From an uncultured virus (IMG/VR IMGVR_UViG_3300035208_000846) (Duplodnaviria; Heunggongvirae; Uroviricota; Caudoviricetes), in IMG/VR virus record IMGVR_UViG_3300035208_000846: a stretch of DNA of 20,000 nucleotides. The stretch is one strand, 5' to 3'. Positions 6,523-13,936 of this stretch are shown piece after piece. A model generated the notes under the pieces. That model was not told where the DNA came from, did not search any database, and saw only the letters and a list, made by a program, of their open reading frames with translations. A program made the translations under genes and the position numbers. The first letter of the stretch is position 1, and the number at the start of each line of letters is the position of its first letter.

Positions 6523-7596
6523 CCGACTCTCTGCCGTGAATCCTATGCCCCCCATAAGTGCGGAAAATACGCAAGTCACAGATACACAACGACTTGCGTA
6601 AATCACGCCTTCTTCCCTACGGTGGGCACTTGGCATTTTCCAACGCCTTTATAAACAAAAGGGGGGTATAACTCGCCCCAGATACCGCCTCAAAGCCCCC
6701 GTTTTCCCTCTCGAAAAGCTACTCCCCCCAGTAACCAATAACCACCGAGAGTCAGAAAGAAAGAGAGTCGAGAAGGAAGAAACTCACCAGACACAACACA
6801 GTGACATAAAAGGTACATAAACCGAACGACAAATGACGGGATTTGTGTACCTTCATGCCAAACGACACCCACTCCAAACACCAAAAAACATGGGTAGGGA
6901 ACCTAGAAGAAGAAACCCATCGAACCCCTCGGGGGCGGGGCGTCAATGGTGGGTTCTGGCATGGTCGGGTTCCAGTCGCCGGGTTCTGGTAGTGTACCTA
7001 AGAACAATTCTCATAACGACTTACGTCGATTCCCCTGTTTGTGTTCACCCCGACCTTCATTCCCTTCCGCTCACCTGTTCCTCTCTGTTTTCCCCTGATT
7101 TCCCGCTGATTCTGCGGTTCTTCCTCCGTCTTTCCTTCCTGTTGATCCTCTCTTCTGTTCTCCCTCTGGTGGTTACAGGGGGTATCTGGTGGTCGGGAGC
7201 GATTGTTGAGCGGCGCCGGGCTGTTCCTGCGATCTTCCATGCTGCCGATCTCACTGGTGGGCGACCTGCCTGTCGAGCGCCGGCTTTCGTTGCAGTCGGC
7301 GGCGGGTGGCGACCCGGCTCTTGTTGGGCGTCGTCTCTTGTCTCTTCTTCTCTGACTGATTGACGGCAGGTGGGATGGCTTTTCGAGTAGACGAAGGGCA
7401 GGTCGAGATTGGCTTGCGGTTCCGACTCCGTTCTTTCTCCCGGCTCCCCCTCCGGCGGGATTGTCTCGGCAATCGCCGTAACTTGGTTAATGGTGCCGAG
7501 TTATGAATCGAGTCTCATTCGCCCAATTGTCCAGCCCGGATAATTCTCGGTTTCCCCCTGTTTTTTGCGGGATCTAGGCCCAATCGAGAACCGATG
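6523..7596. other. ~1.1 kb non-coding region with a strand-composition flip (candidate genome terminus, packaging region or origin)
   Basis: A/C-rich over 6640-6930, T/G- and pyrimidine-rich over 6930-7450; only low-complexity ORFs; three 29-bp related palindromes at 6570, 6997 and 7477. Confidence 0.55.
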
Positions 7597-7625
7597 TTGA
7601 CAAGTATCGGGCGAGATGCTAAAAT
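7597..7625 (+). promoter_or_regulatory. Strong sigma70 promoter heading the early-type gene array
   Basis: TTGACA-17 bp-TAAAAT with an extended -10 TG. Confidence 0.85.
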
Positions 7626-7671
7626 GCTAGTGTTCGAGGGGAAACCAGGCAACCAAGATCAGGAGTGAATC

Positions 7672-7857
7672 ATGCGACCAATCCAAGCGACCGTCCTTTC
7701 GACTGACAATGGAATCCTCGTTCGCGTGCGACGCGGGTATCGTGCCGAATCGCTGTACGGACGGACCATCCCGGAGGGGCTGAAGTATGGAGATCGGGTG
7801 CTTGTCCGTCGCGAACGGAACAATCCGTTCCTCGTTTACGTCGGAAGGCCGGAGTGA
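7672..7857 (+). CDS. Hypothetical protein (61 aa), first gene of the array
   Basis: SD AGGAG; directly after the promoter. Confidence 0.75.
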   Translation: MRPIQATVLSTDNGILVRVRRGYRAESLYGRTIPEGLKYGDRVLVRRERNNPFLVYVGRPE

Positions 7858-7863
7858 ATGCCA

Positions 7864-7911
7864 GGTCGGCCCGGCGGCCCACAACACGCCCCATCCCGGG
7901 AATGATGGGGC
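7864..7911 (+). ncRNA. Two-hairpin kissing-loop element, copy 1
   Basis: GGTCG-gcccgg-CGGCC cacaacac GCCCCATC-ccgggaat-GATGGGGC, then SD AAGGAG. Confidence 0.7.
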
Positions 7912-7931
7912 AACCACGAAGGAGTGGAACC

Positions 7932-8207
7932 GTGATAGCAGAAGACAAAGCCTGGGAGTCCGAAACGCTCGCCTTCGTTATCGACGGTCGGGCGTACACA
8001 ATCGCTGACTTCCGCCGGATAACCGATCGGCTGTTTAATCCGGAGGATTGGAAAGCGCCTTGGGCGGCGCTTGTTCCATACGATCTGGTGGCCGCAGCGA
8101 TTGCCGCAACAGAGTGGTTCCACGCCGATCGGCCGACAATCGTGGGAATCGAGCCGGCGCCGGGAACCGGCCGCGTGATACTTCGCGGCAATGGGTATCA
8201 AGCGTAG
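7932..8207 (+). CDS. Hypothetical phage protein (91 aa)
   Basis: GTG 7932 after AAGGAG; ...EDWKAPW...ATEWFH...GNGYQA. Confidence 0.75.
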   Translation: MIAEDKAWESETLAFVIDGRAYTIADFRRITDRLFNPEDWKAPWAALVPYDLVAAAIAATEWFHADRPTIVGIEPAPGTGRVILRGNGYQA

Positions 8208-8218
8208 TTCAACAAGTC

Positions 8219-8250
8219 GGCCCCGCGATTGCCTCAACAATCGCGGGGCC
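8219..8250 (+). other. Perfect 13-bp intergenic hairpin without a U tract
   Basis: GGCCCCGCGATTG-cctcaa-CAATCGCGGGGCC. Confidence 0.7.
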
Positions 8251-8280
8251 AGGTCAACCCTGAAACGGAGGGTAAAACCG

Positions 8281-8928
8281 ATGCAATTGTACGAACAATA
8301 CCGGCCGGCGTCATGGTCGGAAGTAGTCGGCCAGGACAAGACCTTGGCCAAACTCGACTTGCTCCGTCCCCGCGGCCTGGGCGGCCGCGCATATTGGCTT
8401 TCCGGCCAGTCGGGCACCGGAAAAACGACCATTGCCCGGCTCATTGCCGCTGAGCTTGCCGACCCAATCCACATTGAAGAGATCGACGCAACGGACCTGA
8501 CCCCCTCGCGATTGCGTGAACTGGAGCGTGGATTGCAATTGCGGGGGTTTGGCAAAGGTGGCAAGGCGGTCATCGTCAATGAGGCGCACGGGCTGCGCCG
8601 GGATTCAATCCGGCAATTGCTGGTCCTATTGGAGCGATTGCCCGGGCACGTCGCTTTTATTTTCACCACCACTTGCGACGGGCAGGATGATCTGTTCGAG
8701 GAAAAAATCGACGCCCATCCGCTCTTGTCGCGTTGCGTCGATCTTCCCCTATCACGGCGTGACCTGGCGAAAGCCTTTGCGGAACGTGCCCAGTCCATCG
8801 CTCGACAAGAGGGGATGGACGGCAGGCCGCTGGAAGCGTATGTCAAGCTCGCCGAAAAACACCGTAACAACCTCCGGGCAATGCTCCAAGACATTGAATC
8901 CGGCGCGATGAGGGGGACGGAATCATGA
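8281..8928 (+). CDS. Clamp-loader-clade (DnaX/RFC-like) AAA+ protein, short form (215 aa)
   Basis: [17 protein letters not shown]-terminal motif, Walker A GQSGTGKT, Walker B variant VIVNEAH, FIFTTT sensor 1, LLSRC arginine finger, NLR sensor 2. Confidence 0.9.
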   Translation: MQLYEQYRPASWSEVVGQDKTLAKLDLLRPRGLGGRAYWLSGQSGTGKTTIARLIAAELADPIHIEEIDATDLTPSRLRELERGLQLRGFGKGGKAVIVNEAHGLRRDSIRQLLVLLERLPGHVAFIFTTTCDGQDDLFEEKIDAHPLLSRCVDLPLSRRDLAKAFAERAQSIARQEGMDGRPLEAYVKLAEKHRNNLRAMLQDIESGAMRGTES

Positions 8929-9245
8929 TGAGCAAGCAAGAGGAAATCGACCTGATCCGCGCCTTTGTGGCGGATTCCGTCCCCCGCAATAGCTATCTTG
9001 CAACGCTGCTTGCGGAAATACCGGCAGAGTGCGAAAAGCTAATCCGCTCTGACCTGGCATGGCCGCTATCCGTTGCTGCGAATCATGAAGCACGGCTGGC
9101 GGCCGACGCTGAGCTTGAATCGGTACAGAAAAAGACTCGGGAAGCGAGCCGGGAGCTTGCCAAGCTGCAAGTCGCAATTGACCGAGCATCGTCAACCCTA
9201 AAGGAACTGCGGGATAGCGCCCGCAAGATCGCTGCAACCACCTGA
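8925..9245 (+). CDS. Coiled-coil hypothetical protein
   Basis: ATGA overlap; helical C-terminus. Confidence 0.75.
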   Translation: MMSKQEEIDLIRAFVADSVPRNSYLATLLAEIPAECEKLIRSDLAWPLSVAANHEARLAADAELESVQKKTREASRELAKLQVAIDRASSTLKELRDSARKIAATT

Positions 9246-9257
9246 AAGGAAAAAACC

Positions 9258-9443
9258 ATGATGATCGTTGAATGGTCACCCGAAATGGGCGTGTTCGTTG
9301 TCGATTACAAAGGCCGGCAAACGATCGTTTCGCCGGATGAGCTACACGGAAAATATGCCGGATGCCGCCAGATATTCGAGCAAGCCCGCCAAGCGGTCGA
9401 ATCCGGTAGGGCAGTATTGGGAGTTCACGCAGACCTAGAATAA
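9258..9443 (+). CDS. Hypothetical protein (61 aa)
   Basis: SD AAAGGA. Confidence 0.7.
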   Translation: MMIVEWSPEMGVFVVDYKGRQTIVSPDELHGKYAGCRQIFEQARQAVESGRAVLGVHADLE

Positions 9444-9455
9444 GGAGCAAACAGC

Positions 9456-9656
9456 ATGAAAACGGAATCAAAACAACCCCGATTGCCTCGCGCCATTCTG
9501 GAAGGCATTGAATACCTTACCGCACAGGCCTATGCGGAGGTGTTCAACCTGCTCGATTGGCAAGCCACGATCTCGGGCGACGAAGCAGGCCGAATCGCCA
9601 CGCTCTGCGAAGATGTCGTCCGCAAGGAGCTTACAAAACTTTGGGAGTGCGACTGA
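9456..9656 (+). CDS. Hypothetical protein (66 aa)
   Basis: SD AAGGAG. Confidence 0.7.
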   Translation: MKTESKQPRLPRAILEGIEYLTAQAYAEVFNLLDWQATISGDEAGRIATLCEDVVRKELTKLWECD

Positions 9657-9877
9657 TGAAAGTTACCGTCAATTTCCACGAGTGCTCGTTTCGATTCACT
9701 GAGAAACCGCCCGCCGAGGTATTGCAGGCCCTCAAGGCACACGGCTTCCGTTGGCAGCCGATCTCCCAATGCTGGATGCGGCCCAAAGGTTGGCGCGGTC
9801 TGCCGAACAACTTTGGGGATTGGCTCGTCGCGAAAGCCGAGGGTAAAGAAGTCCCGCTAATCAATCGCTGGCCGTGA
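9656..9877 (+). CDS. Small protein with F..KP....LK..GFRW.P....W motif
   Basis: MKVTVNFHECSFRFTEKPPAEVLQALKAHGFRWQPISQCWMRP; TGATG coupling; the motif recalls a small domain of plasmid/phage leading-region proteins. Confidence 0.75.
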   Translation: MKVTVNFHECSFRFTEKPPAEVLQALKAHGFRWQPISQCWMRPKGWRGLPNNFGDWLVAKAEGKEVPLINRWP

Positions 9878-10124
9878 CCGCTCCCCGAGAACTAACCCTG
9901 AACCGCAAAGGACAATGAATCATGTACATCTACCGCGCCATTCAACGCGATACCAGATGGATACCGCCTCGCGAAACGGAACACGAATTCCCGACTGAAG
10001 AGGAAACCGTCAAGTGGTTGCAGGAACACGGCGGGGGCATTTACCGAAACATCCTACACAGCTTTGACTGCGAGATAAAGCCGCAACCGTCATGACCGCT
10101 CCCCGAGGAACAGCCCCGAACCGC
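9875..10124 (+). repeat. 32-bp imperfect direct repeats (9875-9906, 10093-10124) flanking one small gene
   Basis: TGACCGCTCCCCGAGaactaaCCCtGAACCGC versus TGACCGCTCCCCGAGgaacagCCCcGAACCGC; 27/32 identical. Confidence 0.85.
9922..10095 (+). CDS. 57-aa hypothetical protein
   Basis: MYIYRAIQRDTRWIPPRETEHEFPTEEETVKWLQEHGGGIYRNILHSFDCEIKPQPS; SD AAAGGA. Confidence 0.7.
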   Translation: MYIYRAIQRDTRWIPPRETEHEFPTEEETVKWLQEHGGGIYRNILHSFDCEIKPQPS

Positions 10125-10207
10125 GCACCCGGGTTTCGCCACCGGGCGGGGCTCTTGCCGGACCTGCTGTAGGGCCGGCGTCAGCGACACCGGAAGGAGT
10201 GAAAACC

Positions 10208-10543
10208 ATGAAAGCCATCAAGACAACAATCCTCGCGCCCACCGATCGACTCGGAACCCGAATCAAGGCAACCGATGAGGACGGCAACGCCGTAATCCTG
10301 CCTTACCGCCACGAATTGCGCGACGACGAGAACCACGCCCGGGCGGCAACGGCACTCTGCGAAAAGATCGGGTGGGATGGGGAACTATGTGGCGGTTCGC
10401 TCAAGCATGGCATGGTCTGGGTGTTTATCAGCCCTAGCACGCCCTGCATTAGCGTTGAAGTTCAATCAGACCGAAAGGCAACCCATGAAACTCTACGAAA
10501 TCGCTCGACAAGCGTTGGCTACGGCCGACGCTCGGCTCGCTGA
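10208..10543 (+). CDS. Conserved-type phage early hypothetical protein
   Basis: MKAIKTTILAPTDRLGTRIKA...ENHARAATALCEKIGWDGELCGG...VWVF; SD AAGGAG. Confidence 0.8.
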   Translation: MKAIKTTILAPTDRLGTRIKATDEDGNAVILPYRHELRDDENHARAATALCEKIGWDGELCGGSLKHGMVWVFISPSTPCISVEVQSDRKATHETLRNRSTSVGYGRRSAR

Positions 10544-10661
10544 ATCGCTGCTCTGCTATCTGGAGCGCAAGCACGGCCTGAACTACGTGGGGGCGATGGA
10601 ATATTTCGCCGCCCACGACATCGACCCGCGGGAATATGAAGACCTAGTGGAGGAGGCTTGA
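10485..10661 (+). CDS. Hypothetical protein (58 aa)
   Basis: MKLYEIARQALA...; SD GAAAGG. Confidence 0.65.
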   Translation: MKLYEIARQALATADARLAESLLCYLERKHGLNYVGAMEYFAAHDIDPREYEDLVEEA

Positions 10662-10664
10662 ATC

Positions 10665-10913
10665 GTGAAACTACATCTCGCAGTGGGCGACTTCGCTCGA
10701 AACATCGAAACTGGCTGGCTCGGCAAGATCGTTGAAATTCTGCCGCCGCAAAAAGTCTGGATCAACAGGCACGAATATTTCATCGAAGTCATGGCCAACA
10801 TGCTCGGCGTTGACACGCTGGCTGTGGCCGCCTCTGGGCTATCGTGGGAAGAAGCGCTAAGCGATAACGATACCCAACAGCATTCCCTGACCGATCTGAT
10901 GCTCGCCCGCTGA
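10665..10913 (+). CDS. Hypothetical protein (82 aa)
   Basis: GTG after GGAGG. Confidence 0.7.
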   Translation: MKLHLAVGDFARNIETGWLGKIVEILPPQKVWINRHEYFIEVMANMLGVDTLAVAASGLSWEEALSDNDTQQHSLTDLMLAR

Positions 10914-11026
10914 CCTGGCGCGCGCCTGACCGCCGTGGCGACACGGCGGAATGGCCTGGGCCAGGTGGCACAGGTGGACCCGGACGCACCGGGAGCAACA
11001 AATGCCTATTGGCAGGAGTTGAGAGA

Positions 11027-11332
11027 ATGGCACGTTACGAAATGTCGGACGGTATGATCGTGGACACCGCGAACGCCTCGCAGACGTGGCTTGAGGAAAC
11101 CGATTGGGATGGAAACAACCATATCAGCCGCGCAACCGGTTCGCAGTGGGACCACCAGCGGCTCTACCGCAGCCGGCGTGGCCGGTATTACATTGTGTCG
11201 TTTTCCCAATGGCAGGGGTCGATGCCAAGCGCCGAGTGGATCAGCAACGAGGAGGCGGCGCGCTGGCTCCTCAAAATGGGGCACGACCTGCCCGACGACC
11301 TAAAAGAGGTTGCTGACGACCTGCTCGACTAG
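11027..11332 (+). CDS. Hypothetical phage protein (101 aa)
   Basis: MARYEMSDG...HQRLYRSRRGRYYI...ISNEEAARWL; SD AGGAG. Confidence 0.8.
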   Translation: MARYEMSDGMIVDTANASQTWLEETDWDGNNHISRATGSQWDHQRLYRSRRGRYYIVSFSQWQGSMPSAEWISNEEAARWLLKMGHDLPDDLKEVADDLLD

Positions 11333-11341
11333 ACCGCGCCA

Positions 11342-11389
11342 ATCCGACCCGGCGGATCACGCGATCCCGCCCCGGGAATCGGCGGGGTC
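11342..11389 (+). ncRNA. Two-hairpin kissing-loop element, copy 2
   Basis: ATCCG-acccgg-CGGAT cacgc GATCCCGCC-ccgggaatc-GGCGGGGTC, then AGAAGGAG. Confidence 0.7.
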
Positions 11390-11405
11390 AGAAGGAGTGA
11401 GAACG

Positions 11406-11639
11406 ATGAAAATGCGACGGGATACCTGGACCACATACCGGGTGAGCGGATACACGCATGCGCTGACGCAAGATCAGGCGAGCGCCGGCGGGGTAATCCT
11501 CCACCAAGTGCGTAGGACAAAGCGCGGCTGGCAGAAACGCGCCGTCCAATCTAATGGCAACCACAGCTCGGCCACCGATCCAAGCGACGTGGCGGACGCC
11601 GAGGGTGAGGCCGCATGGGAGGCGGCTAAGAAATACTAA
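11406..11639 (+). CDS. Hypothetical protein (77 aa)
   Basis: ATG 11406 after AAGGAG. Confidence 0.75.
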   Translation: MKMRRDTWTTYRVSGYTHALTQDQASAGGVILHQVRRTKRGWQKRAVQSNGNHSSATDPSDVADAEGEAAWEAAKKY

Positions 11640-11667
11640 CTGACACCAGATCACGGGAGACAATACG

Positions 11668-12033
11668 ATGACCACCGAAAAAGTGTACGCCAGCGTCGCT
11701 GAGGCGCGCAATGCTTTGTGCCTCGACACTGGGTTCGACCCGTTCCTCACCGGCCACGTCAAGGGACGATGCACGAAGAAGGCCCTGGCGGACCTGGGCT
11801 ATATCGTAGACGCCAAGATTGCGGCCGAACGTGCGAAGGAGCACCGCTGCGCAGTCTGCCAGGTGACACTCGATCTTGAGTACGACGGTGCGAGATGGGA
11901 GTATCCAAGGCACTGTAGAGATCACCGGAAGTACTGCTACCAATGCGACAACGGCCACAAGTGGTACGCGACCGAGGCCGAAGACAAAGCCGCCGGGCAT
12001 CGCTGCCCCGAGTGCGGCGAATATTGGCAGTGA
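11668..12033 (+). CDS. Multi-zinc-finger protein
   Basis: CAVC...HCRDH, CDNGH...CPECG motifs; SD GGGAG. Confidence 0.8.
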   Translation: MTTEKVYASVAEARNALCLDTGFDPFLTGHVKGRCTKKALADLGYIVDAKIAAERAKEHRCAVCQVTLDLEYDGARWEYPRHCRDHRKYCYQCDNGHKWYATEAEDKAAGHRCPECGEYWQ

Positions 12034-12045
12034 CCTACCACCCCC

Positions 12046-12089
12046 GCGGACCCGGCCGCACAATTGACCCCGCTCCGGGATTGGCGGGG
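12046..12089 (+). ncRNA. Two-hairpin kissing-loop element, copy 3
   Basis: GCGG-acccgg-CCGC acaattga CCCCGCT-ccgggatt-GGCGGGG, then ATGGAGG. Confidence 0.7.
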
Positions 12090-12101
12090 ATGGAGGACGA
12101 C

Positions 12102-12335
12102 ATGCTGACCCATCCTGAGCAGGCCGACAACGAGGTATTCGTCGGCAATCATCACGGCACTGAGATACCCCACGAGTTAGCGCACATCCCGTCAGTGCGA
12201 CTAGGCAGCGTCGCCTACGACATCGACGGCAAGCGGCTGCCAGAGGCGTATCGGCCGCTGCTGGTTGGCCGCGGTGCCGACCACGACAGGTACGACAGGA
12301 TTAGAGAGGCTGCGTTCCAGGCGATCCGGGGCTAA
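12102..12335 (+). CDS. Hypothetical protein (77 aa)
   Basis: MLTHPEQADNEVFVGN...RLGSVAYDIDG...YRPL; SD GGAGG. Confidence 0.78.
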   Translation: MLTHPEQADNEVFVGNHHGTEIPHELAHIPSVRLGSVAYDIDGKRLPEAYRPLLVGRGADHDRYDRIREAAFQAIRG

Positions 12336-12355
12336 GGCCTGGCTGACATCACCAT

Positions 12356-12400
12356 GCCGCCCCGGCGGCTCAGCACAACCCCGCTCCGGGATCGGCGGGG
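12356..12400 (+). ncRNA. Two-hairpin kissing-loop element, copy 4
   Basis: GCCG-ccccgg-CGGC tcagcacaa CCCCGCT-ccgggatc-GGCGGGG, then AGAAGGAG. Confidence 0.7.
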
Positions 12401-12415
12401 AGAAGGAGAGCGACA

Positions 12416-12550
12416 ATGAACGTATACGATGTCTTCCGGTGTGGGGTGTACGTGCGGCAAATCGTTGCATGGAACATCAAAGATGCTCAACAGTGGATTG
12501 CGGCCTATATGCCGAGTTGCACAGTGCGTTTCGCTTATACGTTGCGATAA
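12416..12550 (+). CDS. 44-aa hypothetical protein
   Basis: MNVYDVFRCGVYVRQIVAWNIKDAQQWIAAYMPSCTVRFAYTLR; SD AAGGAG. Confidence 0.65.
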   Translation: MNVYDVFRCGVYVRQIVAWNIKDAQQWIAAYMPSCTVRFAYTLR

Positions 12551-12575
12551 GCCATCATTAACGAAAGGAAACCGA

Positions 12576-12839
12576 ATGAGAGTTCCAACACTTGACGAAC
12601 TGCTCGCCTATCGCGGCGAGGAAGGGATACTCCGCATTCCATCGGCTGGAGCGGGTTCGCAAAAACAACCTCCACTCTACGCGCGAGTGCGGGTGGTTGA
12701 CGCCCGCTATGCCGCCCAGCGTATCCACCTGCTCGTCACACCGCTCGGCGGCAGCGGCGAACAGTGGGTTTGGCTTTCCCGAGTACAATTGGATAAGGAG
12801 AGACTGAATGAAGCGGCCCGCCAAGTACACAACAGATGA
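12576..12839 (+). CDS. Hypothetical phage protein (87 aa)
   Basis: VRVVDARY...LLVTPLGGSGEQWV; SD AAAGGA. Confidence 0.75.
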   Translation: MRVPTLDELLAYRGEEGILRIPSAGAGSQKQPPLYARVRVVDARYAAQRIHLLVTPLGGSGEQWVWLSRVQLDKERLNEAARQVHNR

Positions 12840-12900
12840 TTACGTGACGCTGGCGGTCACGCTGGCTGTAATCATGGCCCTGATCGCACTGGGAGGATGA
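12808..12900 (+). CDS. 30-aa single-TM peptide
   Basis: MKRPAKYTTDDYVTLAVTLAVIMALIALGG; SD AAGGAG. Confidence 0.55.
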   Translation: MKRPAKYTTDDYVTLAVTLAVIMALIALGG

Positions 12901-12901
12901 C

Positions 12902-13936
12902 ATGGCCGAACAGGCAACGACCTGGGGCTACGCTCGCCGGAGCACCAAGTATGAGACCCAGGAAGAGTGTTTACCGAAACAGGCCGAGCAAATCGGCGAG
13001 AAGTTCACCGATCTTGTCGCCAAGTATGGGGCTGCGAAAGGCGAGATCATCGGCGAGACGAAATCCGGATACAAAGTCCCATTCAACAAACGGCCGGGAT
13101 TTGTCAAATTGCTCAGCATGATGAAGAAAGGCGACTGGCTCGTCGTGACTGACGCCAACCGCCTTGACCGCGGTGCCTTCGCGCTCCATGCGTGCTGTCA
13201 AAAGCTCTACGATATGGGGATCAACCTCTGCATTCTCCGGGCCTCTGGGCTCGGCGACAATGTGGAGTTGAAGGGAACGCAATTCCTGATCTACCTAGCC
13301 GGCGTGTCAATCGCCAATGCTCTGCATAAGGATAGCGTCGTGTCTGGCGTCTTGGCCAAGCACGCCCACTTGCGGAAAAACCATCTGCCCTGGAAAGCGT
13401 ACCCTGACTGGGGACTCAAGTGGGCGACCGATCCGAAAACCAAGACGAAATCAGGCAGCCCAAAATTAATCTGGGTTCCTGACTTCGACGCCCGGGCAAC
13501 CATCGAGCAGATCGTTCGCTGGCACGCGATGGAAGGGAAAACGTTCTGGTGGATTGCCAACGAGATTCACCAGCGCAACTTGAGGGAGCCTGAGAATCCG
13601 CGCTGGTCACTGGCGGGGTATGCCAAATGGAGGCACGATAACAGCCGCCGCCGGAAATGGGCACCGCTCGAACTCAGTTCTAGTGTGTCCTCGCCAAAGG
13701 CACGATTGCGATGTAGGACGCGGAACGTTATCGACGCTTTCTGGTGGTTCGTCGAACAGGTGAACGCCGGCGTCTGGTGGGACCAGCGGATCGAGGACAT
13801 TCGCGACGACCAGATACTCAAGGTCGTCTCGTGGATCATCGAGAATGTCAGCTTGGAAGAGAAGGACCGGCGGCGACACAAATTCATCGCGAAGAAAAAC
13901 AAACAGCCGCCTATTTGGCCTGACCACGCTGCCTAG
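12902..13936 (+). CDS. Serine recombinase (resolvase catalytic domain plus extended C-terminus)
   Basis: WGYARRST (catalytic Ser), Q, ETKSG...KRPGF..LL, GDWLVVTDANRLDR; SD GGAGG. Confidence 0.9.
   Translation: MAEQATTWGYARRSTKYETQEECLPKQAEQIGEKFTDLVAKYGAAKGEIIGETKSGYKVPFNKRPGFVKLLSMMKKGDWLVVTDANRLDRGAFALHACCQKLYDMGINLCILRASGLGDNVELKGTQFLIYLAGVSIANALHKDSVVSGVLAKHAHLRKNHLPWKAYPDWGLKWATDPKTKTKSGSPKLIWVPDFDARATIEQIVRWHAMEGKTFWWIANEIHQRNLREPENPRWSLAGYAKWRHDNSRRRKWAPLELSSSVSSPKARLRCRTRNVIDAFWWFVEQVNAGVWWDQRIEDIRDDQILKVVSWIIENVSLEEKDRRRHKFIAKKNKQPPIWPDHAA

Noticed and set aside
6690..7472. ORFs in the skewed region (for example 6833-7363 + and 6998-7240 -)
   Set aside because: The translations are low-complexity products of the base skew, with no SD or recognisable motifs.
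3435..8939. Long alternative-frame or antisense ORFs (3435-4508 -, 5176-5949 -, 7836-8939 -, and similar)
   Set aside because: They are shadows of better-supported genes in GC-rich DNA, with Arg/Ser/Pro-rich implausible sequences.
10913..10966. Hammerhead ribozyme (CTGA...GAA around a stem)
   Set aside because: It lacks the CUGANGA and GAAA core and the three-stem junction.
7672..12900. Integron with attC cassettes
   Set aside because: The spacers lack the RYYYAAC...GTTRRRY attC ends, and I see no evidence that the tyrosine recombinase is IntI-type; it is paired with a tRNA attP instead.
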